DNA of 64,000 nt from Amoebidium appalachense (GCA_963693365.1 CAVNZM010000012.1:8188001-8252000), one strand, 5' to 3'. Shown: positions 1 to 15,693, counted from the stretch's first letter. A program made the numbers and translations. Notes: generated by a model not told the origin, from the letters alone.

Positions 1-58
<58 letters not shown>

Positions 59-887
59 AAAAAGCACACAGGTAGGAAAACACACACATACATACATACA
101 CACAGATGCAGATATGTCATAATTGCTGTAATGCAAAAATTGCGCACGTGTGGCATGTGACAGCGCACCAATTAGATCGCGCTGTGTTCATGGTATGCAG
201 CCTCAGGTATCCAAATTAAAATTTGTGGCGCTCATGATTGGCCGTTTTAGGAATTAGATCTTATTGTGTTTAGGTTGATTTTTTGGTAGCATGAGGAGAG
301 CGAAATATTTGACCATATCTATAGTAAGTTATTTGCTTTTTTTGGCTCCAGGGAGGGGGGGGTTAGGGGGGGGGGGGGGGGGGGGGAGGGGGGCCGCCTG
401 CGTAAATTCCCGAAAATCCGTTTTTGTGCAATTTTCCACGCACCAGGGCATGTGTTATATGCAGAGGAATGTCTGTATGATACAAGTAGGCGTGCGTGCA
501 CGTCACATCCAACCAAACTCTAAAAACACATACATGGTTGGCGCGTTGTCAACGCGGACCCCCACAGACACACACACACTGTCAGCTGCGCGAGCAAACA
601 CAAACACACAGTCACGTGTGTGCACACATACACGCATTGCACGTATATGCTTATGCACACACACCGCTGTTGCACATACAAACAGCAACACAGACACACA
701 CGCGGTGTGGTGATGGTCAAGGAGTGCGCTGACTTGCAAAAGACCACCACGATTGGGTGAGAGGTGAGAAGGTAGAAAGACACCGTGCACATGCATGGTC
801 AAACACATACACCCACCCAGTTACACATCAAAGTATACGTCTATGTATGTGTGTGCCTTTAATCGGGGCTAATCTGTGCGATTGCAG

Positions 888-1279
888 ATGTGGATGAGTG
901 CGCCCTTGGGCAGCATAACTGCGCTGGCCAATCAAATTGCAGGAAGGTGCCGGGCTCATTTGCTTGCGATTGCAATGCCGGATTCACTTTAATCGGCACA
1001 AGGTGCGCAGGTAAGCGTCCGTACATCTCCCTATACATCAAGTTAAAGCAAGGTGTATTAATGCGTGTGGATATATGACGGGGAGCCGTTTGGAACCCTA
1101 AATTATCACCTATATTGCACCCAACGCCATAATCTGAAATTTTCGTAGTGAATATGAAGTTCCTTTACGCCTCATTGTTTTTCTTTTTTTTCTCTCGCTT
1201 ATATTGAAGCATAATTTTTGACAATATTCTTGGCAGCAAAAACGTTCTACATAAATTGATATCAAGCTGTAACACACAG

Positions 1280-1345
<66 letters not shown>

Positions 1346-1928
1346 GTGGTGCGGGGGGTGGGTGGGTGGGTGGGGGGGGGGGGGGGGGGGGGGGAAGGGG
1401 GGAGGGGGGGGGGGGGGGGGGGGGGGGGGATATTTACAGGAATTGCATTATTCATTAGGAAGAGGCACAGAAATGTCTCAAAGCTATTAATCTATAGCAC
1501 CCAAAACATTGATCACCTTGTCTAATCTAATCATTGACTCAGATGTCAACGAGTGCACCACCGGCAAGCACAACTGTAGCCCCGATGCAACATGCACAAA
1601 CACACCGGGCAGCTTTTCATGCGCATGCAAGAGTGGATTTGGGGGCAATGGAATAACATGCATAGGTATGGAAGATTGTGTTGGTAATGTTGGCCCTAAT
1701 AAGGTGACGTGAGACTGTATCATACATGTAGGCATGCCCATTACTCTGAACTTTACGTTTATTGGCTTCAGGTTGGTACACTTATGTAAAAGACAAAAAA
1801 TACCCTTCAAAACACAATAATGGTTAAGTTAAGTGCCTACCGTCACTCTCAGCCTGTTAGCCGCCGTCGGCTCTTCAAAGACACGCGCACACACACACAT
1901 ACACACGCACACACGCAGGCGCGCGCGT

Positions 1929-1971
<43 letters not shown>

Positions 1972-2006
1972 CACACACACACGTGACAGGGTCACATAAA
2001 CACACT

Positions 2007-2043
<37 letters not shown>

Positions 2044-4290
2044 GCGCACGCGCACGCAGCGCACACGCACACACACACGCACACACACGCTGAAGGACAA
2101 AAACCTCACATAGATGTGTCTGCATTCCCTTGAGTATCTTCTCACCTCTTAGAAATAGGTAAATAACATGGCATAACCCTTTGGCCACATTCCCAGATGT
2201 GGATGAGTGCACCACCGGCAAGCACAATTGCAGCCCTGATGCAACATGCACAAACACACCGGGCAACTACACATGCGCGTGCAAGAGTGGATTCACCGGC
2301 AACGGAATAACGTGCACAGGTATGTAGAAAATGTGTTAGCAACGTTGGTCCCGATAAATCAATTGGTGTTATGCACGCGCAAACGTGCAAGGCTTCCAAC
2401 TCTTCTTTCGCAGTGTCTGGTGGCTTCGTTTGAATTTGTCTGCAACTATGGGGAGCTCACACAAAGCATTAAAGACCTGCATCGGAACAAAATGTCGACG
2501 GTGCCATGGAAGCATACACGTAAAACATGAAGTACGAAACTTTTTAAAAAGGGGAAGAACTCGTAGTATACAAACACAAACCCCATTGAGAATTATCATT
2601 CTGCGAGTTAAATTTAAGGCATGTTCATTATGACTCAGTTTATGTATTTACGCATGACTTAATTTGTAATCTATGACACGTATCTTCGTGTACGATAAAT
2701 GAGTACCAACTGTTACACCTCCAAATACGCGGGCATAGAGGCACCAAACAGTTTAAACCGAATCAATCCGTAATTTTTTTGAAAAAATGTCCAAACTTCC
2801 GAATCACATGGGTCATACTCGGGACCATTGAACCGCAAGGTCATCATTTGCCACACCGTCAGAGCATACACGGTAGCAGGAAAGACCACCTATCGTAGTG
2901 GCAAAATGAGCGGGGCGATAAAAAAGGATTGGGGGAGATGGAGTGTCGGCTTCGGCAGCCGGCATTTTTTGGAATGGCCAAAATCGCACCGCTTCAAGAT
3001 CCGCACACGTAGTTGGATAAACATCACGGATATTTATTGCCGCAGGGCGAGAAATCAAGGTAGCAGGAAAGGCCATATATCACACATCCTGAAGTTCCCT
3101 GTCCGTCTAACCCTGGATCTAAAAATAAACGTCATGATTTTAATGACGTGTTTGCAGCAAACCAGTTACGCCAAAAAAATTACCAGCCAGTCCGGTAGTT
3201 GAACAGTTTTCAAAAACCGAAAACTGGTCCCCCGTTTCGATCATGCCGCTCACACACGCGGACTGACTGAAAAAGGCATGAGCCCAAAGATTTTATAAGT
3301 TGTGTGGAGGAATGCTGATTGGATGATCTAAAACGCCCATATGGGGTGCTGATACTCAGGCAATGGACAATTTAAAAAAACCAGACGCCTTGTCCGGATG
3401 CAAATGCCATGCCACGTCACGGTTTGAAGAACAAACGTCATGGTGGCAAAGCAAAATAGCTAGCCATATACATGTTTTTACGTAATCTATTTCATGGAGC
3501 TTCTATTCACTATGATAGATCAAAATGGACATGTATTTGCTGGTAATGCCATCAACGTTACAAAACATTAGCGAATAAAAAGACAGAGATTTATCGGCGA
3601 TTCGAGCTCGAATCGAAGCACCAATCCAAAACTCGCTTTCTTAGACTTTTTCAGTGGTGTTTTCGGTTTTGCGGGAGGGGGCACATATGAACCTCACATC
3701 CTTTACTCCGATTATTATTATTATTATTATTATTTTTCTTTTTTTTTTCCCTTTTCCAAATCTATAAAAATGTATTCTTGCGCGCCAAAAATTCCCGCTC
3801 AAATTTCCATCTTTGGCTACACGGTGCGATCGCACGCAAATTATTGGTTCGTGCAATGTTTTTTTTTTTTTTTTGAGATTGCGACATTCCTACTTTTTTT
3901 TTTTTAAATCTATAAAAGGATTCTTCCTATTTCTAATATTTTTCCCACCACCGTTACAGATGTAGACGAATGTACTACTCGTTCATTGGTGTGCCATGCC
4001 AACGCAATCTGCACCAACACGAAGGGCAGCTTTACGTGTGCATGCAGTCCTGGGTATGTGGGAGATGGAACAACGTGCTCCGGTAAGCAAAACACATGCT
4101 CACAGTGTTTGGAGTCTGTTTGCATGCCCTGGTATACACACAGCTTGATGGTCATGCACAAACACACACACAGGAACACATGCGCACGTGTGTGCACACA
4201 CGTGCACATACAGGTGTACAGACATTCGCGCCGCGGCATTCAAACACACAAAGTCATAGACACACGCACACACAAACACGCACGCGCGCA

Positions 4291-4357
<67 letters not shown>

Positions 4358-4364
4358 ACACATA

Positions 4365-4428
<64 letters not shown>

Positions 4429-4810
4429 TGCACGCATGTACGCACACACGCAGGCACACCAAACACACCAAACACCCACACACACCCACACATACACACA
4501 CATACACACACATACACACAAACAGAAATGCACGTGCTCAGTGCGTAGGCAACTAGACGCAGGCGGGACACATGCACCCGCACACAGTATCTCAGCTCCT
4601 TTGCTGACTACCCTCCTTCTTCCTTAAAAGCTATTTCGGTCTTGTAATGTAGTCTAATGTATTCAGAAGGCTCTCCCAGAGTCTTTCCCCTGAAGTACCA
4701 TTAACGATGTGACCCTTTCGGTCGTTTGCCCTCCAATGTAGTCCCTAAGAATCCATGCGGCCCGGGGGGAGGGGAAGTGGGAGGCTGGGGGGGGGGGGGG
4801 GGGGGGGGGG

Positions 4811-4857
<47 letters not shown>

Positions 4858-5278
4858 GCGCAGATGGCTTGTTTGTCCGAATACAAATATGTGGCGATAG
4901 CGCAGAGTCCCACTACCCGGTTTTTAGGGACTCCCGTCAAGACCCAGCTACCTTTTCATGGGCAGTGCCAGGAGATCACTGACAAAAAAAAAAAAGCTAG
5001 CTCATTCTATACATGTTACTAAACTGTACGGAGATGCAGACACACATACATACAATTGCAATTAAGGGGGTTTTCTTTTAGGCCGATTTATTGGCCACTT
5101 TCGGGTCAGCTTTAATCATAGTGTGATGCGCATCCAGCCAATCACATTGCACATTATATTCCTTCGGGTCTGGCCCGACCCGGATTCCTAAAAGAAACCC
5201 TGTTCAATTCAACCCATTGTTTTCAACTAAAAAAATTGCCGCGAAGTTGAATACTCATACTTATCATGCCCAAACCCC

Positions 5279-5311
<33 letters not shown>

Positions 5312-6395
5312 TCTAACAGACATCGACGAATGTGCTCTGGGAATACACAAGTGCCATATGAATGCCACGTGCACAAATGCCCCAGCTGGGAGCTACAGCT
5401 GCTCATGCAACTCGGGATATGAGGGCACAGGGACTGCATGCACTACTAGTACGTATATCCCATTCCTTAAATTACTATCTCATGAGTGCTGGCAGTAGAT
5501 GATCCCATAAATTTCTAAACTTCCCATATCGTTAGTGCTGATAGTACGTATATCCCAGCCTTTTTAACATCCTATCTCATGAGTGCCTGTAATGGGTATA
5601 GAGAATTTTTAGCTGTCTCCCTGGGCCTGGTACTCGCAGGTATATGCCGGGAAGCCCATCATTGGCAAGATATCTCATTAGTGCTGATAGTATGAACATA
5701 TCCCGTCCCCCTTGTGTACGCAAGGACGAAAACCATCTCCTTGGTCGTGGCATGGTAGGGTAGTAAAAATATATTCTATGGACTTCCTATCTCATTAGTA
5801 CTTGTAGTAAGAATGTATGCCATCCCATGGAAACTAATCCTTGGTGTGGTAGTAGTTATATCCCATTTTGTGAAAATCTATCTCAATTGTGCTGGTAGTA
5901 AGAAGTATCCCAATCCGATTAAAACTGTCTCGTTGGCGCGGTGGTAAAGATATACTTAACTCCATGAAAATATGTCTCAGTAACTGCCAGTACTACATAG
6001 GTATATGCCATTCCAATAATCAATGGTGTTGATAATACGTATCCAATTTACATATCCCAATATTTGAAAACCGTTGATAACAGAGTCCAAAATACAAACA
6101 AGCAACAACTAATTTGAATCATCCCCCAGAACTCATCTCCGTTACCGATGCAACCGTGTTCCCGACGGTTACCGGGCTGAAATGCTTTTCGAACCCTTTA
6201 ACCACTGCTCGTGTTAAAATTCCCGAGGAATGTGCCAAAATTTGCATAAATATGGCTGGCTGCACATTCTTCACCCTGGATATGAACAATAAGAGCACCA
6301 CCGATAACAACTGTATGGTCTACACATCATGCAATTACCTCAGCCCTGAACCTGACTTGAATGCACACCCATATGTCACTTTCAAACGTAAGCAA

Positions 6396-6426
<31 letters not shown>

Positions 6427-6460
6427 CTCCCCCTCCCCTTCTCCTCCTTCTTCTTCAGCC

Positions 6461-6492
<32 letters not shown>

Positions 6493-7367
6493 AAAAAAAA
6501 AAGAGAAGAGAAGAAAAGGCAAAGAAAGAAAGAAAAGAAAACCACGACCGCCACAACACATACACACTACATAATGATTGCGTACCACGTCCCCAAACTT
6601 TCCACGTGATGATGAGACGAATATACATAACCTGGTTTTAATTCATATTCAAAGTTTCAAAAAAATTACAGAGCATTTTGCTATTAGTCTAAGTATTACT
6701 TCAAAAGTACCCGATTAAAGTCCATCCGTGCATGTGTGAGCGCTTGCCCAGCGTGCATGTGAGCTAAGCGCACACTTGCAGCATGTGTCACGGTGCACAC
6801 ACATGTATGTGTCAAGGCGTGTGTGTGTATGTTTGTAAGCTCTAGCACCGGCAATTGCATGGGTGTGTGTGCGCACATGGGGATGTTGCGCATGTGCGTG
6901 GCAGTGCATGCTGTGTACATGTCCTCGTGTGTCAAAGTTTAGACAGCCAATCACTGACCATCATTAAATTTAAACGTTACTCAGTGATCACAGCCCCAAC
7001 AACATGGCCGGCGCCCATGTCATACCAATGCCTCGACGAACCTGCAGGGAACCGCATGGCGACACCGAGTCCAAGTCCGAGTCCGAGGAAACCAGTTTTC
7101 GGGGGCCTGCGAGGGAGCCTACAGGCCCTTACAGGAATCATAACTAACACTATAACTAACGTTCTTGGCGGGCTATTGGATATTAGATATTCGAGTGCTG
7201 GGACGGACACAGTTACCACGTGCAAAAACACGTGCTCAAACAGGGCAACAATGAGCGCATGCAAATACTATACTTATGATTCACAATGGAAGAGGTGTGA
7301 GTATTACAAGGATTGTAAGTATTTGGTGTCGAGATCATCCGATAAGGTGCAGGCGTTTAAATTATGA
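888..7367 (+). CDS. Ca-binding EGF-repeat / 2x PAN(apple) domain protein, paralogue 1 (5' exons probably outside the window)
   Basis: GT-AG exons, all joined by phase-1 introns: 888-1010, 1543-1665, 2197-2319, 3960-4082 (123 bp each, D-[VI]-[DN]-E-C...C.N..GS[FY].C.C cbEGF signature) and 5320-5448 (129 bp cbEGF). Exon 6130-6387 is PAN-like (EECAKIC....GCTFFT...NC). Exon 6985-7367 is a second PAN-like domain (CKNTC.....CKYYTYD....CEYY..C) ending in TGA. The frame is continuous across all junctions. Confidence 0.9.
5449..6065 (+). repeat. Degenerate ~45-50-bp intronic tandem array starting at a splice donor
   Basis: Repeating GTA(CG)TATATCCCAT...TATCTCAT.AGTGCTG.TA units; a homologous array lies in paralogue 2 at ~20210-20589 (-). 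Confidence 0.8.
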
Positions 7368-8979
7368 AAATTTAATAAGGGCAGTTCGCGATCGCTAAAA
7401 GTTTTGATTAGTTTTGTTTTCGGTGACTATATATGGCAGTACCCTTACGTTAGTGCCCTACTACTTTTAGTTTTAGAATAAAATTCTAAATGTCACTGCA
7501 TGCAAGAGCCTGCTAAGGGTGATGTTTCTTTGAGCGATCCCTATATGTCACGGTTTTTCTCAAGTTCGTCACAATGATTTGCTAGGCGGTATACTTATAA
7601 TAATTATTTACTACCTTACGCATTGCCAAAGGGCCCATAGCTTCATGACATTTGTATTCCGTTGGAATTGAAAAGAATGATGCTTAAAAGTACGTAGTGC
7701 TGCACCATTGAATGCTGCAGTTTGGCCAGTTTTAAAAATTACTACATATAAAGATTGCTTTATTTTCGATTGGTTGATAACGTTTAAGTCGTAAGTTTTA
7801 CGTTAAAATACGAGTTGCAAGTTGTAAATTGTAAGTTGTAGGGTATGTATAATTAAATTCGTAGTATGTAATGACCATCCGCAAAGTCGCGGAATCACGA
7901 CGTGATTTAAACCAATATTTGGGAAACAACTGTGTTTTCTTCACGAAGTTCCGGACCAGAAGAGCCCAGAGCCCAGGGGAGGAAACGAGAGAGGGGCAGG
8001 GGGGGAGGGGGAGAAAAGGGGAATAGATGGGAAGGCAGAGGGAGGAAGGGGAGGAGGGTAAGGGGAGGAGGGGGAAGAAAGGGGAAAAAGGCCGCGAGTA
8101 AGGGCAGAAGTGAAGGGGGGGGGGGGGGGGGAGGGGGGGGGAGGGGGGAGAGAGAAAAAAGGGGGGTGCGGGGAGGGGGGGGGGGGGGAGGCAGGATACA
8201 GACAAAGAGAAAAAAAATATCCAAACAGTCCTTTTTTTCCTTCAAATTGTTGCCCTCCCTCCAACACGGCACACACGCACACAGCACCCTCCAGAATATT
8301 CTCGTCTCGCTTCGACGTTGAGCCAAAGCTCGGCAGAGCGTGGCATCAACGGAGAAGCGAGGCTTCGCAGTTCTCATCCTACAGCCCCAGCCGGGATTTG
8401 TGAGTGAGTGAGTGATGAGTGATGAGTGAGTGATGAGTGATGAGTGATTACACTTTTCCGGCAGATTGATTGGGCACGCTCAATAGCCTTTTATGATTAT
8501 TCGCAGATTTTGGGCCTATTGATTGGACCAGATCAGTCCGATTTGTGGAACCGGATTGCTTTTGGATCCCTTCCGCGATTCTGTGCCCTGTGGGACTTAA
8601 CGTTTTTAATGTCGGCACACGATTGGTGCACAGGGCCGGCGGCGATCGTTTTATTGCTTAAGCGGCGAGCCTAGGAATCTGCTTTGGAATTCTAGATAAA
8701 ACTACATTCTTCTGGATCGATCTAAATCAACGGAGAAGCGAAGTTTACCAGTTCTCATCCTACAGCCCCAGCGAGACCAAAAACCTGGCCCGACCATTGG
8801 TGATCGTGTGATGGCTCAGCCCTGATAAGTCGCCGATCGGGAAGGGGGGAGGGAGGAGAAAAGGGGAATAGATGGGAAGGCAGAGGGAGGAAGGGGAGGA
8901 GGGTAAGAGGAGGAGGGGGAAGAAAGGGGAAAAAGGCCGCGAGTGGGGGCAGAACTGAAGGGGGAGGGGGGGGGGGGGG

Positions 8980-9699
8980 TGACATATACTAATCCGTCTC
9001 AGCAGATCAGCCTAAGTCTACGATCGAGATCCGGGAGGGGGGGGGGGGGGGGGGGGGGGTGGCCCGGGTCCACAGATCATCAAGATCAAGTCCGGGGCCT
9101 CAAGATAGCTGTACAGCTGCGTGCATCTTGCCTCTGCCGGCGCAGGGCAGGACCACGTCAGCTGGAGCAGCCGACCAATAGAATTCTAATTAGTGTGTAG
9201 GATAGATCGTAGGAGGACTTAGGAATGTGATATGTTCGGGCAGAAGCCCTTTTGTAAATATTGGCAAGTTTTGATAGTGTATGTTGCCAAACGTATTTAT
9301 ATATTTCGATGTAGAGGAAAGGGGGAGGGAGGGGGGGGGGGAGGATAGTATGAAATGTAGATTTAGACTCTGCGGTGCCACTAGGGGGAGGGTGAGGGGT
9401 GAGACATGAATAAATATATTAGTTTGAGTAGATCGACTTAGCTCGTGCAGGCGCACGATAAAGTAGATCGGAATGTTTGGAATGTGGCATCGTAGGGGGG
9501 CCAGGTGATGATGATCTTTGAGGGCACGGCCTTGATGGCCTCAGTTGTGACTTAGCCTCATTCCGTACGGATCTAAGTTTGCCCGTCGGAGCCTGGTCTG
9601 AATAAACTTTACCGTTTTCAGTTACACGTTCGTTCCTTTCAGTGTGTGTACACTTAGTAGAGTGCCGCGTCTCTAATACATACACATAAGGATACGACA
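8980..9699 (+). mobile_element. Probable solo LTR (720 bp) inserted in a poly-G run
   Basis: TG...CA ends with short imperfect terminal inverted repeats (TGACATAT / ATACGACA); TATA-like and AATAAA motifs inside. It splits a G-run of a host repeat that is intact at ~8110-8200. Confidence 0.65.
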
Positions 9700-11121
9700 G
9701 GGGGGGAGGGGGGGGGGAGGGGGAGAGGGGGAGAGAGAAAAAAGGGGGGTGCGGGGAGGGGGGGGGGGAGGCAGGATACAGACAAAGAGAAAAAGAATAT
9801 CCAAACAGTCCTTTTTTTCCCCCTTTAAATTGTTCCCCTCCCTCAACACGGCACACACGCACACAGCACCTTCCAGAATATTCTCGCCTGCGCCTCCCTT
9901 CGACGTTGAGCCAAAGCTCGGCAGAGCGTGGCATTACTCGTTACTAGTGAGTGAGTGAGTGAGTGAGTGAGTCACATTGAGTGATTACACTTTCCCGGCA
10001 GATTGATTAGGCGCGTTCAATAGCCTTTTATGATTATTCGCAGATTTTGGGCCTATTGATTTGGATCAGTCCGATTTGTGGAACCAAAATTGCTTTTCAA
10101 ATTGGATCCCTTCCGCGATTCTGTGTCCTGTGGGACTTAACGTTTTTAATGTCGGCACACGATTGGTGTGCAGGGCCAGCGGCGATTGTTTTATTTCTTT
10201 GCTTAAGCGGCGAGCCTAGGAATCTGCTTTGGAATTCTGAATAAAACTACATTCTTCTGGATCGATCTAAATCAACGGAGAAGCGAAGCTTAGCAGTTCT
10301 CATCCTACAGCCCCAGCCGGGATTTGTGAGTGAGTCAACGGAGAAGCGAAGCTTAGCAGTTCTCATCCTACAACAGCCCCAGCCGGGATTTGTGAGTGAG
10401 TCAACGGAGAAGCGAAGCTTAGCAGTTCTTTCTCATCCTACAGCCCCAGCCGGGATTTGTGAGTGAGTGATGAGTGATGAGTCAACGGAGAAGCGAAGCT
10501 TCGCAGTTCTCATCCTACAGCCCCAGCCGGGATTTGTGAGTGAGTGATTGAGTGAGTGAGTGAGTGAGTGAGTGATGAGTCAACGGAGAAGCGAGCATTA
10601 GCGAAGCTTCGCAGTTCTCATCCTACAGCCCCAGCCGGGATTTGTGAGTGAGTGAGTGAGTGAGTGAGTGAGTGAGTCCAGACAAATTTCTCGCCGGACC
10701 ATTGGTGATCGTGTGATAGCTCAGCCCTCAGGCTGATAAGTGGCCGATCACGTGGCGAACCTTTGGTTGGCGAATGGTCAGGTTTGGCGGGAGCCGCAAA
10801 GAATGGCGCCGGGGTAATTCCATTGGTGAATGTCACGGTAGTGTTTACTGTGATTGTGATTGGTTAACAGACTTACAGCGCACCCTGGTTTGGGAAAAGT
10901 CAGGCGTGGCTGATCGCCGCTTGACGATTAACAAGACCATGCTGCTGACAAATTGCGCTCACCAATCAGCGATCGCCGTATATATAATGTCACTGCGCGC
11001 ATGGAGTTTCCCTGTCATATTTTTCCTGGCCGGATCATTGGGGATTGTGTGATGGCTTAGGGTACATCCCTGTCCTACATCCTACCGGCAGCCTCAATGA
11101 GCCCCAAATTGATCAAGATTA

Positions 11122-11357
11122 TATGATATTGTGATCCGGTGCCTTAACTTTCTTTCGGAGCTACCGATGCTAGCCTCTGCTTACCCGGGCCCATAATATG
11201 TAATAGGGGTGTCAGATACTACGATGGCGCTCATTGTTGCCTAGCATGTACATATGTCACTGGCTGCATTTGATTGGCTGTGCTGGAAAACGCAGTAGGC
11301 CGTCGAATGTGGCTGGGCCTCCGGCAGTGTCCACGCAATAAAAAGTGTGTAAACCCC
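11122..11357 (+). mobile_element. Family A LINE 3' fragment
   Basis: Near-identical to the reverse complement of 32125-32354; ends GTGTAAACCCC. Confidence 0.9.
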
Positions 11358-12588
11358 CATAGCCGTGGCAGCGGCTAGCCATTTGTAATTTTTAGGGGTT
11401 AGATTGATGCCGGGAGGCGGCTCGGGGGTCCAGCGCTGGGGCTGCCAGGATACCCCAAGGGGGGAGGCAGGATACAGACAAAGAGAAAAAAAATATCCGA
11501 ACAGTCCTTTTTTTCTTCAAATTGTTGCCCTCCCTCCAACACCGGCACACACGCACACAGCACCTTCCAGAATATTCTCGTCTCGCTTCGACGTTGAGCC
11601 AAAGCTCGGCAGAGCGTGGCATTACTAGCGATGAGTGAGTGAGACCAAAAACCTGGCCCGACCATTGGTGATCGTGTGATGGCTCGGCCCTGATAAGTCG
11701 CCGATCACGTGCCGGGCCTTTGGTTCGCGGATGGTCAGATTTGGCGGGAGCCGCAAAGGATGACACCGCGGTAATTTCATTGGTAATTGCAGTGGTTACT
11801 ATGATTGTGATTGGTTACCAGACTTACAGCGCACCCGGGTTTGCGGAAAGTCAGGCGTAGCTGATTGCCGCTTAGCCTGTGCGCATGCAATTCCCCAGCG
11901 CGAACTGAAATATTTCAATGTTAAGTCGCTGATCACGTGCCGGGGCTGCGATTCGCGGATGGTCAGATTTGGGGAGCCGCAAAGGATGACGCTGCGGTAA
12001 CAAGTCTTTGGTTCGAGGGTGGTCAGATTTGGCGGGAGTCGCAAAGGATAACGCCGCGGTAATTCCATTGGTGAATGAGTTCAGACAAAAACCTGGCCCG
12101 ACCATTTGTGATCATGTGATGGCTCAACCCTGATAAGTCGCCGATCACGTGCCAAGCCTTTAGTTCGTGGGTGGTCAGATTTGGCGGGAGCCGCAAAGGA
12201 TGATGCTGCGGTAATTCGCCATAACTAGATGCATCAATGAGATTTTCACTTCGATCTCTTAGCTGTCACGTCAACTTTTTTTCCCGATTCTTCACCATGG
12301 CAGGTATATAAATGCTTCCGTTTCTTCTTTTTGTAGGGACTTCACTTTCACTTCGATCTCTTAGCTGTCACCATGGCAGGTATATAAAGGCTTTCGTTTC
12401 TTCTTTTTGTAGGGACTTCACTTTCACTTCGATCTCTTAGCTGTCACGTCAACTTTTTTTCCCGATTCTTCACCATGGCAGGTATATAAAGGCTTTCGTT
12501 TCTTCTTTTTGTAGGGACTTCACTTTCACTTCGATCTCTTAGCTGTCACGTCAACTTTTTTTCCCAATTCTTCACCATGGCAGGTATA

Positions 12589-14801
<2,213 letters not shown>

Positions 14802-14858
14802 TATAAAGGCTTTCGTTTCTTCTTTTTGTAGGGACTTCACTTTCACTTCGATCTCTTA

Positions 14859-15693
14859 GGGCCTGTTTGGCAACGCGGAGTTAGCGGCCATACTCCGGAG
14901 TAAGATCGATTTTGGAGTTAGGGCTAAAGCGGATTTTCTGAAATCCGCGATGCCAAACAGACGGCTCAATCTGGGCCTGTGTACGCCGGGTTTCAAACCC
15001 CTTGGACATCGCTCAGGCGTACTCCAATTTCTATAATCCACCTCCGGAGGTGGGTTATGCGCGAAATGTTCAACGCCGTGTGAAGGTCTAAACCAATGAA
15101 AATTCATGTCGTGAGACCTTTTTACATTTCTCTCTCGGCCAATTGGCGGCAGTGCAATATAGCCAAAAACAGTTAAAGTGGAAAAGACGCCAAACGGAAA
15201 GTCCGTTGTCACCGGCATGGCCAGCTTGCTGGTGAGCCTGCGACAGCCCAAGCGCAGGCTGCGACACAGCCACACACAGCCGGCCACGAGTGGTAGGTCG
15301 TATAAAAACAAGCCCCCCCTCAACTATTCTTCGTCTTCGCGGCCAACTTGTAGGCAACCTTTCTTTTACCATTAGACAATCTTTTGCACATCGGTCAAGA
15401 TTGTCTGAACCGACAGGATGCCTGTAGGGGGAAGCAAAGAATGCAATTGCTGCAATTGCGGCCGAAAGGGCCATGTTCCGTGCTAAATACATAGTGGTTT
15501 TGCAACCGTAAAACTTGCGCAATGTGACTTGATAAACTAAGCTGAAAAAAGTGTTGTCTGTTTGGCACGAGCGGTTATCTACGCCAGGTTTTGACCTAAA
15601 TCCGTATTACAAATCAGAATCTGGATACTGATTTGATACCCGGCGTATACGGTCTACGCCGGAGTTCGTAACTCCGCGTTGCCAAACAGGCCC
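14859..15693. mobile_element. PIF/Harbinger (Tourist-like) non-autonomous element, 835 bp
   Basis: 25-bp TIRs GGGCCTGTTTGGCAACGCGGAGTTA; TTA TSD (14856-14858, 15694-15696); removing it restores the host monomer. Confidence 0.92.

Larger units (their letters stand above)
7960..12217. repeat. Composite modular repeat cluster (modules a-d with (TGAG)n linkers)
   Basis: Module a at ~8190, 9770, 11466. Module b at 8444, 9981. ~60-bp module c (TCAACGGAGAAGCGA...GGGATTTG) at 8346, 8727 and five tandem copies in 10272-10645. Module d (GACCATTGGTGATCG / GGTCAGATTTGGCGGGAGCCGCAAAGG) at ~8790, 10697 and 11660-12215. Confidence 0.85.

Noticed and set aside
2828-3202. 124-aa ORF in an EGF gene intron
   Set aside because: No recognisable motifs or splice context; probably a decayed TE interior.
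5064-5201. Small MITE (GGGTTTTCTTTTAGG / CCTAAAAGAAACCC)
   Set aside because: Short imperfect TIR with no TSD or second copy.
10272-10680. CRISPR-like array
   Set aside because: Linkers are (TGAG)n microsatellite rather than unique spacers; the context is eukaryotic and there are no cas genes.
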